Source of the DNA: Anaeromyces robustus
Taxonomy: Eukaryota
Assembly (NCBI GenBank): GCA_002104895.1
Contig: MCFG01000068.1
Location: forward strand, 1-64,000
Direction: 5' to 3'
DNA: 64,000 nucleotides
Part shown: positions 27,439 through 41,100 of the stretch, piece after piece
How positions within the stretch are numbered: the stretch's first letter is position 1
Layout: the number at the start of each line of letters is the position of its first letter
Notes under the pieces: model-generated
Databases searched by the model: none
Seen by the model: the letters and a program-made list of their open reading frames with translations, nothing else
What the model was told of the DNA's origin: nothing
Program-made: the position numbers and the translations under genes

Positions 27439-28125
27439 GTAAGAATTATAGGTATTATTATAATTAGAATTATAGTTATTATTATAAGCAGAATTATAGT
27501 AGTTATTATAATTATCATTAATATTAGATTTCTCTTGTTTTGTTTTTGTTATGAAAATAACAATAATAACAATTATAAATATTACGAGAAAAAAATAATA
27601 TAAATAGGTTGTAGTATTACGTTCTTTATTACAATCTATTTCAATTGAATCTAAATTTTTATAATTATTATAATTATCCGCAATAGAGCATGATAACTTG
27701 TATTCAGAATTACTCTCTTTACATATTACTGTTTGAGGAGGAAGATCTTTAAGTTCTTCGTATATTGTTGCATTTTTTGGTATTTTATTATTATTAACAA
27801 ATGCCATCTCACAAGCTGAATATGTTAAAAAATTATCATCAGAAGAAGAATAACTCGATCCAATAGGCAAACAATCAATACTAACATATTTTCTTATTTC
27901 ATTACAATTTTTTTTTGTTTTATAATTCTTAGCATTATTAGTACTAAGGATTATATCTGATTGAGCCGTTACATTGCCTTCTACTACTGTCACTAAGTTA
28001 GTTACGCTATCAGAAGAATCAATGACGTTCGTTACATTGGCTTCAGCTTCTTTCACACTGTTGGTTACGCCATCAGAAAAACCAATGACGTTTTGAATGA
28101 ATAATAATAGAATTAAAAGTTGCAT
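27256..28125 (-). CDS. Orphan type-I membrane protein: signal peptide, 21-aa tandem repeat, Cys-containing ectodomain, one TM helix, poly-Asn tail with LPxY motifs
   Basis: Intronless 289-aa ORF. Hydrophobic N-terminus MQLLILLLFIQNVIG, six Cys in the ectodomain, TM YLYYFFLVIFIIVIIVIFI followed by TKTK, and tail motifs ELPEYT and HLPTYEEA. Confidence 0.85.
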
Positions 28126-28216
28126 TTGTTATATAATTAATATATTATTTAATTATTTATATATTTATTTATAGTATTTAGTTATTTAATTTGCTATTTA
28201 TTTAAATTATTTTATA

Positions 28217-28370
28217 AAATTATTTTTTTGTTTCTTTTATTATTTTTAATAGTTTTATTCAAACTTTTTTTTTATTTTATTATGACAAAAATTATTTATT
28301 TGTTTCTTTTATTATTTTTAATAGTTTTATTCAAACTTTTTTTTTATTTTATTATGACAAGAATTATTTA
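28217..28370. repeat. 72-bp direct tandem duplication upstream of the orphan membrane-protein gene
   Basis: tgtttcttttattatttttaatagttttattcaaactttttttttattttattatgacaa occurs twice with 72-bp period. Confidence 0.9.
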
Positions 28371-28375
28371 CTTTC

Positions 28376-28432
<57 letters not shown>

Positions 28433-29290
28433 CAAAATTTAAAAAATTTTTTTCGAGAAATAAATGCTTTTATAAATAATAATATATTTATAAAAAATAT
28501 AATTTAAAATAATACTATAAAAATAGTTAAATTATTATTTTTTTTTTTTTTAATTAATTAACTGCCTTCAAAATATAAATTAATGCTTTTAAAAAATTCG
28601 ATAATTCTATAATATTAAAATTTTTAAAAAAAGTTGACAAAAAAAAAAAAAAAAAATTTTTTTTAGCCTAAATTATTAATAAATATATATATATTTATAC
28701 TTATTATTCATTATTTATTATATATAATTTTTTTATTGTTATTATTCAAAAAACAAAAAAATTAAATAAATAATAATAAATTATTATTTATTATTATATT
28801 AAATATTCTTTTATTTATTATTTTTTTTTATATACTTTTTTTTTATTTTTATTTTTATTTTTATTAATTAATTATTCTATAAAAAAAAATTTAAAAAAAA
28901 AAAATGTTGTGAGTGTGTGAGTGTAAATGTCAAAATTAAATTATTATTATTATTAAAAAAAAAATATTTATTGCGATTAGTATTTTATTTATATATATAA
29001 ATAAATTAATTAAATAATTTTTTTTTATTAATATATATATAATATTTATATATATAATATTTATATATAAACATTATATATACATATTTATAAATAAAAC
29101 TTTTTTTTTTTGTTTTTTTTTTTTTTTTTTTTTTCTTTTTCGTGTATGTGTAGATTTTTTTTTTTTTTTAAATAATATTATAATAATAATATAATAGAAA
29201 ATTATTATTATTATGTTAAACTATATACTATATATACTATATAGAGGGTTTTTTTTATTTTATTTTATTTTATATATAAATATATATATA

Positions 29291-29363
<73 letters not shown>

Positions 29364-29452
29364 TTTTTTTGATTCATTTTCATTTTCAATTTACAATTTT
29401 TACAATTTTTACAATTTACAAAATTATTTTGTTTGTTTTTTGTATTGTATAT

Positions 29453-29490
<38 letters not shown>

Positions 29491-29755
29491 TTAATTATTT
29501 TTTATTATATAATTTTTTTTAAGGTTTTTTAGTTGTTTTTTTTTTTTTTTTTTTATTATTTAATATTTATCATTTATCTTTTTTTTTTTTTTTTAAATAG
29601 TTTCTTGATTATTTTTTTTTTAATTAGTTTGTTGGTTTATTTGGTTTTCTATTTTGAATTTTTATTTTGATTTTATTTTTATTTTATTTTTTTAATAAAA
29701 AAAAAATTTTTTTTTTTATTTTTTTTTAATAAAATTCTTTTTTTTTTTTTATTTT

Positions 29756-32700
29756 TTATTTCAATATATTTGAAAATTCTGGACCTGTTAAAACATTATT
29801 AATTGTATCACCTTCTTCATTAATAAATTTTATTTCATTTATATCTGCTTTAGGTATTTGAGATTGATCTTCAAAAAATGTATTACATTCGTCAAATTCA
29901 ATATCTTCAAATGATTTTTCTTCTTCTTGAACAGGCATAATATCAAATTTACTAAATTCTAATGAAAGATTAGGTATATTATCATCAGTTTCATTAAATC
30001 CTTTAATGGTGGAATCCATCATACCTAAACTTTGACTTTCATTCATATCACAACAACTTGTTTTATTTTTAAGAGATGGGAAATTATTTGGTTTAGGTAA
30101 TTGAAGATAAAGATGTTGATTACTTTTTATAGTATGATCATTTTCATATTCTATACTATTATCTGTACTACTACCATATATATAATTTGGATGATATGGT
30201 AATGGTTGACCTGTTGAATAAGAATTTATGATAACTTCTTCTTCTTCATTTTGTTTTTGATTTTGTTTTGGGGATTGTGATTGTGATTGTTGTTGTTGTT
30301 GTTGTTGTTGACATTGTTGTTGTTGTGTTTGTTGTGTTTGTTGTTGATTACTTGTTTTAATTTCGTCATAATTGTTTTTATCTAAAACAATAGTGTCTAA
30401 ATTAATACTAAATGATGGAATATTAAATGTATAATTATTTATATCTTGATGTTGTTCATTATAAATTTCATTAATAAGATTATTATTATTATTATCATTA
30501 TTATTATCATTATTAGTTGTATTATTAGTTGTATTATTAGTTGTATCCTTTAAATTATCTAAAATATTGTTATTTTTTAAAATTTCATCATAAAAGATAT
30601 CAATATTAAGATTATCTTGTTGTGATGAGGAAGAAATAGTTGAAGCAGAATCATCAGGTGAATATGAAATTCCTATTGGAGTTAATAGATCTGGATCAGT
30701 ATATAATTTTTGGAATTCACGTGGTATTAATAGTTTTTCATGAAGTGTTGTAGGACTATCTACATCTTCATGTAAAAATGATTTGAAATCTCTTTTTTTA
30801 ATTTTATCTTTATTATTATTATTATTATTATTATCTTTATTAATATTATGATATTTATCACTTATAAATGATGATGAAGGTGATAATTCAAATTTTTCAA
30901 ATTCATTAAAATTATATTCTTCTTCTCTTTCTTCATTATCATCATCATCACCTGGATATTTTAATGGTGATAAATCAATTTTACTAAATTCTAGTGATAA
31001 ACGTTTTGGTATATTATCAGCAAATTTAAAACTATTAAAACGACGTATAATACCTGAATCACTATTGGTATCTGATAAATTTTCAAAGGTATGATCGGTT
31101 AAATTAGTGATGGTAGAATTTTGATTTTTTGATGATTTTATTAAAAATGTACTTAAATTAATATTCTCTTTATCCTTATCTTTATTATTATTATTAGTAT
31201 TAGTATTAGTATTATTATCTTTATCATTTATTAATGTTTTACTATTGGTATTGGTATTATGATTTCGAATATTACTCATACTTTCAACATTATAAATATA
31301 ATTATCTTTTGCTATTCTTGTCGCTGATGACATTTCTGATGGAGATCTATTTATAAGATCAGTATAAGTTGAATTTATTGAACCTGTTTCTGTTTTTATT
31401 TCATTACTATCTTTCTTTTGTATAATACTATGACGTTTTACTGCTGCTAATGATCTATAAGCTGCCATAGAATCATGTATTTGTGATTCAATAATATATA
31501 CCCAATATTCACATTCTTCTTTTGTTTCTACACCAAAAATATAATAATCCTGAATATCTATTTTTTATAAAATTTGTTGATATTATTATTGATATTGATG
31601 ATATTATTATTTATATTATCATTATAATAAAAAAGAATAAATATAAATATAAATAATAAATAATAAATAATAAATAATAAATAATAAATAATAAATAATA
31701 AAAATAAAAATAAAAATATGAAATTAAAAAATAAAATATATAATTATTATTAATATTTAACTATATTATATTATATTATACTATATTATATTATACTATT
31801 TTACATTATATTTTATTATATTATATTATATAAACTTACCTGCTATTACTCTTCCATTAACATGTTTTGAATATAATACTTTTTGATTATTATCAGTAAT
31901 AGCAAAATTTGGTATAGATCCAGTTTCTGATGGATTTTCAAATGCTCTTCTTAACATTTCTTGCTCATTTTTTGGTTTTGCTCTTATAATGAAATAATAA
32001 CGTGTTTTAGTAAAATTCTTAAATAAATTATTTATAATATATTGAGGATTATTGCTTGGTGGATTATTTTCAAATTCATATTTAGAAACAGTTAAATCAC
32101 ATAATGGTAAAATACCAATTGTTTTTTCTTTATTCTTTTTTTTTATTATTTATTTATTTTTTTTTTTTTTATTAGTATTATTATGATCATCATAGAAAAA
32201 AAATATAAATATAAATATAAATATAAATATATTTAATTATTTATATTAATTATTTATATTAAATTTTTATATTTTTAATATAATAAAATAATAAATATAT
32301 AATAAAATAATTAATTTTTAATAAATAGATATAATTAAAAAAAACTTTATATTAAATTATATTTAAAAAATTTATTTAATAAAAAAAAATTTTTTTTTTT
32401 TTTTCTATTTCTTTTTTTTTTTCCCTTTATATTCCTTTTTCTTTAATTTATGAAAAATTACCTTATTTGGGAAAAAGTACATGCAACTATTGGCTACTAC
32501 ACACCATTTTTTCTTCCACTGTTTTCTTCCAATACCACCTCTTTTATATAGCCAACCTTCCATATTTGGATTTGTAAATGAATATGATATATCATTCAAA
32601 ATTTTTGTTATTGATTTTGTGGTATCCAATTCAATTTCTCCTGTTTTTGATTTTATTTCATTTTGACTAATATTATCATAAATATACTATTATTGAAAAA

Positions 32701-34637
32701 AAAAATTATATAGATATATATATAATTATAATTAATATGTTAATAATATTGATGAAATTATTAGTATTATTATTAATATATTATATATTCTATTCAACTC
32801 AATTTTTTATTTTTTAATTTTTTAGATTTTTTTATAATTTTTTTTTATTATTATTTATATTTTTTATACTTACTGATAAATATTCAAGAGGTAAATCTTT
32901 ACCATTATCAATTCCTTTATTATTTTTTATAAATTCTTCTTTTGTCATTTTTCTTTTTATTCTTGAATTATGTAAATCTGTATTTAATAATATTATTGAG
33001 AAGGCTAATACATAAGCAGTATCTGGACATGAAAAAACATTCTTATTTTGACTACAATAATGATAAGCAAATTTTTGCATCATTCTATCAATAATTTGAC
33101 TTTCACCAGGTAGAAAAAATTCTTCCAAAAATATTCTTTATTTATTTATTATATTTATATTTATATTTATTATAATTTTATTATTAAATATAATTATATA
33201 CATATTATATATAAAAGATTTAAATTATATAAAGTTAAAAAATATAAAAATTTATATATATATATGTATATATATACCTTAAAGCATTATCATATGGTAT
33301 TCCTTCAAAATTATGTAATTTTACAAATTCATCCAAAACTTGAACATTGAATTCTTCACTGATTTATATCAATATATATATATATATTTAAAAAATATTT
33401 TATATTTAAAATAATAATAATAATAATGATGATGATGATGATGAATTTAAATTAGTTAAATCATATATAAATAATATATATAAAATAAAAAAAAAAATAA
33501 AATATTATTATAATAAAAACTTTACACGTCTCCCAAATATAATCCTATATTCTTTTTATCTAATTGCCAATGTTCATTAACTTTGTCCTCTGAATCCTGA
33601 CTTTCTTCATATAAAAATTGAGCTACAGCTTTTGGTGTTTTATCTGTTATAAATCCATGCTCTATAAAATAATCTATTCCTTGTTTTGGTCTTAAATTAA
33701 ATTTTCTTATACCAGTAATAAGAGTTTCATTTTGAATTTTTCTATTATCCATAAATTCTGCTTTAATATCGCTATTATTATTATTAATATTTAAAAAAAA
33801 TATTGATAAAAAATAATAAAAAGTAATAAAAATGTATTATAAAAAAAAAATTAAAATTAATAAAAATAAAATTAAACATAATATATTTAATAATAATTAT
33901 TATTATTTTTTTTTTTTTTGCAATTAAATAGTTATAATTATTATCATTATTATTATTATTATTAACCTTATTATGGTTTCATTTGATTCTATATGATTAT
34001 CTGAATAACTTTTTTTCATATTATAACTATCTTCTCTTACTGTTAAAAATTTTGTTCTACATTTATAAAAATGATAAGATATATTATATATATATATAAG
34101 TTTCTTTTTTTTTTTTTTTTTTAATTTAATCAAATTTTTATATAATATATTAAAGATATATATCATACTTTATATTATTTGTTAATTTTGAAAAAGCAGA
34201 TGGATTTAATAGACTATATTATTTTTTTTTTTATATTGATAAAGTGATAAAGATTTTATTAGCAAATTAATAATATTTTAATATACATATATATAAGAAT
34301 AATAATCTTAAATATAATGAATATTATTCATTGATTAAAAAAAAAAAATAGTTGATTTTTTAAATATTTACGTCATTCTATCTTGCCTGGATCTTTTACT
34401 ATAAAAAAATAAAATAAAATAAAATAAAATAAAATATAAAGATTATATTAATACCTTTTATAAGAATATTATTTTCTTTTTTTTTTTTAAAAAAAAATCT
34501 ATAGTATTAATTATTATAGTTTTATACTTACGTTGTTGTAGCATAAGAATATGATGTCCTTGCATTGGTACTTTATATATTGATATAAATAAAATAACAT
34601 AATATATATTATAATAAAAATATATTAAAAATTTGTC

Positions 34638-34675
<38 letters not shown>

Positions 34676-35197
34676 TGAATAATTGTCATTACATTGATCT
34701 TGGTTTGGCCTTTCCATCTAAACTTCGATTATCGAAGAATTTATCATTATTGTCATATTCATAATCAAGATCCCTATAATAAGAATTACATAATAATAAA
34801 AAGGTTATCAATATAAAACTATTATATTTATCATAATTTATAAATTTCAATAAAGAAACTTCTATATAAAATTTATTATATTATTTGTATTCTTTTTTTT
34901 TTTTTTTTCATTATTAATATTATATATTTAAAAAAATAGTCTATATAATCTATTTACTTTGAAAAAGAAGAACTTCTTGGAAAAGTATGACTTTGACTAT
35001 TATTAATTTTTTATTTTTATTTTATTATTATTATTGTTATTATTGTTATTATTATTTTTTTATTATTATATACATAAATAACAATATTATTTAACATTTG
35101 AAAAATAAAACAAAATAAAATGAAATAAAATAAATTAAAAAACACTATATATATATATAAAAGACTTGTTATACCTTTTTTTTATATGATATTCCAT
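29756..35197 (-). CDS. Cytohesin-like ARF guanine-nucleotide exchange factor (Sec7 + PH) with long low-complexity C-terminal tail, 13 exons
   Basis: Exons 5'->3': 35197-35175, 34996-34958, 34773-34693, 34570-34532, 34398-34372, 34213-34169, 34056-33967, 33771-33526, 33358-33278, 33135-32874, 32686-32462, 32134-31840, 31557-29756. Sec7: [32 protein letters not shown] (Glu finger), [60 protein letters not shown]. The small 5' exons are less certain than the domain exons. Confidence 0.9.
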
Positions 35198-38100
35198 GAA
35201 TAATTTCGTTTTTTTTTTTTATATATATGTGTAAATGAAAATGAAAAATGAAATTTTGTAATAAAATAATTTATATATATATACTATGTATCGAATATTA
35301 AATGATATTTGTCTATGAAGTATATAAAATGAATAGAAAAAAAAATTGTATAATATATATATTATATTATTTTATTGAATTTTTTTTTTATTTTAATTGA
35401 TACAAAATTTATTGATGTGTTTTTTATTATTTATTAATTTTTCTCTCTTTTTTGAACTTTTATGTAAATGTTAATAACAAAAGTTAATATGAAAATTTAT
35501 TGAGTTGTATAATATTATATAAGAACTTTAATTTACTTTTTGAAAATATTCATAAATGAAAAAAAAAAAAAGTTATATATTACATTATATAATATTGAAC
35601 AAAATACTATATATATATCCTATATTTCATATTAAATATTACTTTTTTTCTTAGTTTTTTTAATTTTTTTTTTTTAATTTTATTCTATTTTATTTTTATT
35701 GTATTTTTATTTTTGTTTTTGTTTTTTCTTATTATTTGTTATAATTTATAGAAACTATTGAATTTTAGAATTAAATTTTTTAATAGTTGTTCCAATAAAC
35801 TTTTTTAAAATACTGTTTTACTATTTACTATTAATAAAAAGAACTAAAAACAAAATTTCTTTCAATAAATAATTTTTATAAATATATATTATATTTTAAT
35901 ATTATTATATTATTTATGGGTATAATAAATAAATTGATGATAGTTTGTAATTTTAACAATATTTTTTTTTGTTTTGCCTATATCAATTTATTTTATAAAA
36001 ATATTTTAATATATATAGTTTATAAAAATATATTTATTTATATGTATTGAACTTTTTTATTTTATACAAAAAAAAAAAAAAAAGAAAAAATATAATGAAG
36101 TTATGATGATGTATATTATGATAATAGTGAATGAATGTGATAGTGATAGTAATTATTTTTTTTTTAAAAATTTGATTTAATATTTTTTCTTCTTCTTGTT
36201 TTTCTTTCTTATTAGTATATTTAAAATTCACAGAAATTATTTTTCTTTTTCTTTTTTAGTTATTTTCAAACTTTATATTGATATTGATATATATTTCTAT
36301 TTAATTATAACAAAACTATAAGAAGTCTTTTAATTAATTCTCCAAAAAAAATAAAAAAAAACACCTATAATAATATAGAGTCTTTTTTTTTTTTTTCTTT
36401 TGATATTTTCTCTATATAATATATTGATATATTTATTTTTTTTTCTTTCACTTTTTTTTTTTTTTTTTTTATTTTTTTTACTTTTGTATATTTATTTATT
36501 TTATTTTGATTATATATTTATTTAACAAAAAAGAAATACTATATACTTTAATAAATTATTGAATTTTGAATTTGAACTATTTTTGTTTTTTTTTTTTTTT
36601 TTATTAATAAATATACTTTGATAAAAAGATATAAAAGTATTTTTATTTTCTTTCTGTTTTAATATTAAGTATAGAAACAGCTTTTTTTTTTTTTTTTTTA
36701 GGAAAATAAAAAAAAAAATCAAGTATTTGTATTATTTTAAATAATTCTGATGTTTAAAAAACTATTTATTATTTATTATTATAATTTGATTTTAATAAAT
36801 ATAAAAAAGTAAAAAAAAAAAAAAAAAAGGTTAACGAAAAGAATATAATTAAATTCTTTTATAAAGTATTAAGAAAAATTATAAAAAAAAATGAAAAGAA
36901 AAAAAAACCCAGTAAAACTATTAAAAAAAAAAAAAAAGAATAAAAGTCTACTATATAATTATAAATATTAAAAAAACTTTATATTATGATTCTATAAAAG
37001 TTAAAAATATAAAAAAAAAAAAATTTTTTTTTTTGATGATTTTTATTTTTTTATTTTTTATTTTTTTTTATTATATCATATTAATATATAAAAAAACTTT
37101 TTTATTTTTTTTTTAATATATTATTAATATTAATATTAATAATTAATAATTAATAATTAATTTAAATAAAATTATTAAAAAATAAAAAAAAAAAATGATT
37201 TTTCTAATTTATAAAAAGAATTACAAAATTTATTAATAATAATAGAAACATTTAAAAACTAAAAACTAAAACTAAAACTAAAAAAAAAATTATAACCAAA
37301 AAACCAAAAAATTATAATTTTATTATATAATAATAAATAATAAATAATAATAATAATAATATTAATAATAATAATAATAATAATAAAAGCATATTTAAAT
37401 ATTTAAATATTTAAATATTACAGATAATAATTTATTAATTTATTAATTTATTTAATATATAATAAATATATATAATTATATTATATTTGTATATATTTAT
37501 TATATTTATATTATATTTATTATTATATATTATGATATATTAATAAAATATGATAAAATATAATTTTTCTATTATACAATTTCCCTTTCTTTTTTTTTAT
37601 TTTAATAATTACGTTACAAATTCTTTTTAATCTAACTATCAAGAATCATTTTTAGTTTTAACTTTTGACTAAACTATAAATTGGAATAATTTATTTAAAT
37701 TTATATTCTTTTATTCATTTATTTATTAATATATTTGTATTTTATAGAGATTAAAATACAATACAATAAATCGATATATTTTATTATAATAATAAATAGG
37801 AATATTATAATGTAAATATATATATATTATATTTATAAATATATATTTATATATATTTATATAATTATAAATATATATATTTTAATTATTTATTATTTAT
37901 TATTTATTATTATTTATTTTAAAAAAAAAATTTTTATATCATAATAAAATAAATTATTTTATTCAAATCTATATATAAATTGAATAAATTTAAATTGATA
38001 ATAAATATATGAACATCATTATATTTTAATTATATTTATAATATAATATTATATATTAAAATATTAAAATGTTATTTAAATAATTTTTCTTAAATGATTT

Positions 38101-41100
38101 ATAAAAGTTTACAAAATAAAAAAAAATTTTTTTTACTTGATATTTAATATATTTAATAAATGGATAATATATCTATGAATATATTTATTTTAAATTATTT
38201 ATATTATAAATTAATATATTAAAACTATAAAGTAAATGTATTAATAATTATTAGAGTTGGTAAAAAGAAAAAGTTATTATCAATAATCTAAATAATAATA
38301 ATAAATAATATTTAATTTGTATTTATTTAAACTTTTATTATTTATTTTAAAATAAAAATATTTATTCTTTGGGATAAATTTAAATAGTATAATAAATATA
38401 ATATAATTATAATATAATTATAATATAATTAAAATATATATTTATTAAATTATTTATTAGATTTTTATTTATTAGATTATATTGTCAATAAAAATTGATA
38501 ATTATTAACTTCAAAATCTTTTTTTTTTTCTTATATATATATTTTATTATATATTTTTTTATTTTATTTTTATTTTCATTTTAGTTTAGTTTAGGTATTA
38601 TTCATTTTTTAATCAATTTTTATATAGCAATATAATATAATATATTATAATATAATATAATATAATATTAATTTATATTTTAATTTATAATATATTATTA
38701 TACTTTTACCTAACATAAAATAACTTTATATGGAAAGAATACTAAATCCATTCGAAATAATAAAAGAAAAAAAAAATTTTTTTTCATTTAAAATTCAATT
38801 ATACATATAATAAAATATATTATTAGAATAAATTGTAAATATATTTAAAATAATAATTAATTAATTATCTTTTATCTAAAAAAACGAAAAAGAAAAAAGA
38901 AAAATAAATAATAAATAATAAATTATGGATTATCTAAAAGGAAAAAGGGAAAAAAAAGGAAAAGGAAAAGGAAAAAAGATTATCAATTAAAACAAGCCTA
39001 AAATTTTAATGGTTAATTATAGGCTAATTTTTTATTTGTTATTGTGGTAAAAAATAATAATAATAATAATAATATAATAATTATTATTATTTAATTATTA
39101 TTATTATATCTTATAAAGTTTTTTTTTATTACATTTTTATACTTATGGTAAATGCCTCAAATTTTAAATATTTATAAATAAAACATTTAAATAAATAATT
39201 AAATATATAATTATATTTAAAATATTTTACTTTATTTTATATTCAAAAGATTATAGAATCAAATCATTTTGTTAAAGGTAAAAAAAAAAAAAGACAAAAA
39301 AAAATAGAAGAGAAAAAAAAATTTTTATTTTCGTGTTTTTTAGCATTGCCATTCTTTTTTTTTTTTTTTATTATAAAAGTAAAATTAATTTAATTTTTAA
39401 TTTATTTATTTTATTTTATTTTATTTATTTATTTTTAGGAAAATAAAAATAAAAAATTTTTTTTCATTAATAAATAAATAAATGAATAATTAATTAAATA
39501 AATTAAAAGAAATAATTAAATTTAATTAAATAATAAAATAAATAAATAAATAAATAGAATTTAGGAAAAAAAAAACTATATTTATATTTATATATATAAT
39601 ATATATATAAATTTATACATATATTAGCATATGAAAAAAAAAAAAAAGAAAAAGAAAAAAGAATTAATACAAAAAATTAGTTAATAATAATTAATGAATA
39701 AATTATATATAAATAAATAAATAAACTATAAAAATAAGTGAATAAAAACTAAATAAATAATTATTAATTTATTAAAATAGATTATTTTTTTTTAAAAAAA
39801 ATTTTTTTTATTTATTCTTTTATAATAAAATAATTTTTTTTTATTCCTAATTAAATTAAATCATGTTATTATTTTTCAACGAAAACTTTTCATTATTACA
39901 ATTATATTACAATTATTATTAATTATTATTATTAATTATTAATTATTAATTATTCCCGTTCTTAAACCTTTTTTTTTTTATTCTCATTATTCTTATTATT
40001 TAAAAGTTTTAAAATATAGAAATGTTTAAATAAACATATTATAAAAGTTACTCAGCCACCTAATTAAACAACTATAAAAATTTTTTTTTGAATATTTTAA
40101 TTAAAACATCTTATTATTACTATTGATATTCATTATTTCTATATTATTTAAATATATATGATGTATATATAATATATACTCTACAACTTTACTCTTTATA
40201 TTAATACATTTATATAATATTTTAAATAATATTCATGACTTTTTTTTTTTTTTTTTGAATAAAAAAAAATAATGAACCTCAACTTATATATCAAAATTGT
40301 ATTAACTAAAGAATTTTGTAATTTTGATTTATTAAAAATAAAAAAAAACAATTTTTCTTGTATAAAATTACATAATATAAATACTACATTTAGTGGCTTT
40401 AATTTTTTAAAATGAATAAATGTTGAATGTAATAAAAATGTAAAGACAATTAAAAAAAAAAATTAAAATATTTAAACAAAAAATGGATATTTGTGGCAAT
40501 AATAAAATATTCCTTTTATAGTAATAGAATCTTTAAATATAAATTTATCAGTTTAAAGTTTATTTTTGAAAATATGAAAAAGGTAAATCACTTTTTGCCT
40601 CATTTTTTTATTTTCGTTATCTTGTTTTTTTTTTTTTTTTTTTTGTTTGTTTTGTTTGTTTTGTTTATTATGTTTCAAAAAAAAAAAAAAAAGAAAAAAA
40701 TGTAGATACATGTTTCTCTTTTATTTTTTTTTATTTTTTTATTTGGTTGGATGATAATAATTAAAGAATATTTTATTAGAAAAAAAAAAAGATATGATTT
40801 TATTATAATAAAGAGTAATTATAATTATAATAATATTAAATAATAATAATATTAAATAATAATAATAATAAATAATATGATTAAATCTTTAATTATATAT
40901 AAGTATAAATATAACATAAATACAAAATACAAAATACAAAATACAAAATTTAAAATAGAATACGTTTGTACTTTTTGTATACAAAAGAAAAGGTAAATCA
41001 GTTTAGAAAAAGTAAATCAGTTTGTTCCTTTTTTTTCTATGTCAAATGAATTAAAATAATAAAAAAAATTTTTTTATTTGGTACATTTTCACCCTTTTTT

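Noticed and set aside
27289..27603. Poly-Ile ORFs antisense to or overlapping real genes (also 19761-20048, 22172-22748, 24832-25014, 48957-49181)
   Set aside because: Shadow frames of (AAT)n Asn codon runs in the real genes.
28228..29532. Hydrophobic Phe/Ile/Leu-rich ORFs in the track (28228-28479, 29213-29494, 29320-29532)
   Set aside because: These are translations of poly-T runs and a 72-bp duplication, with no codon structure or motifs.
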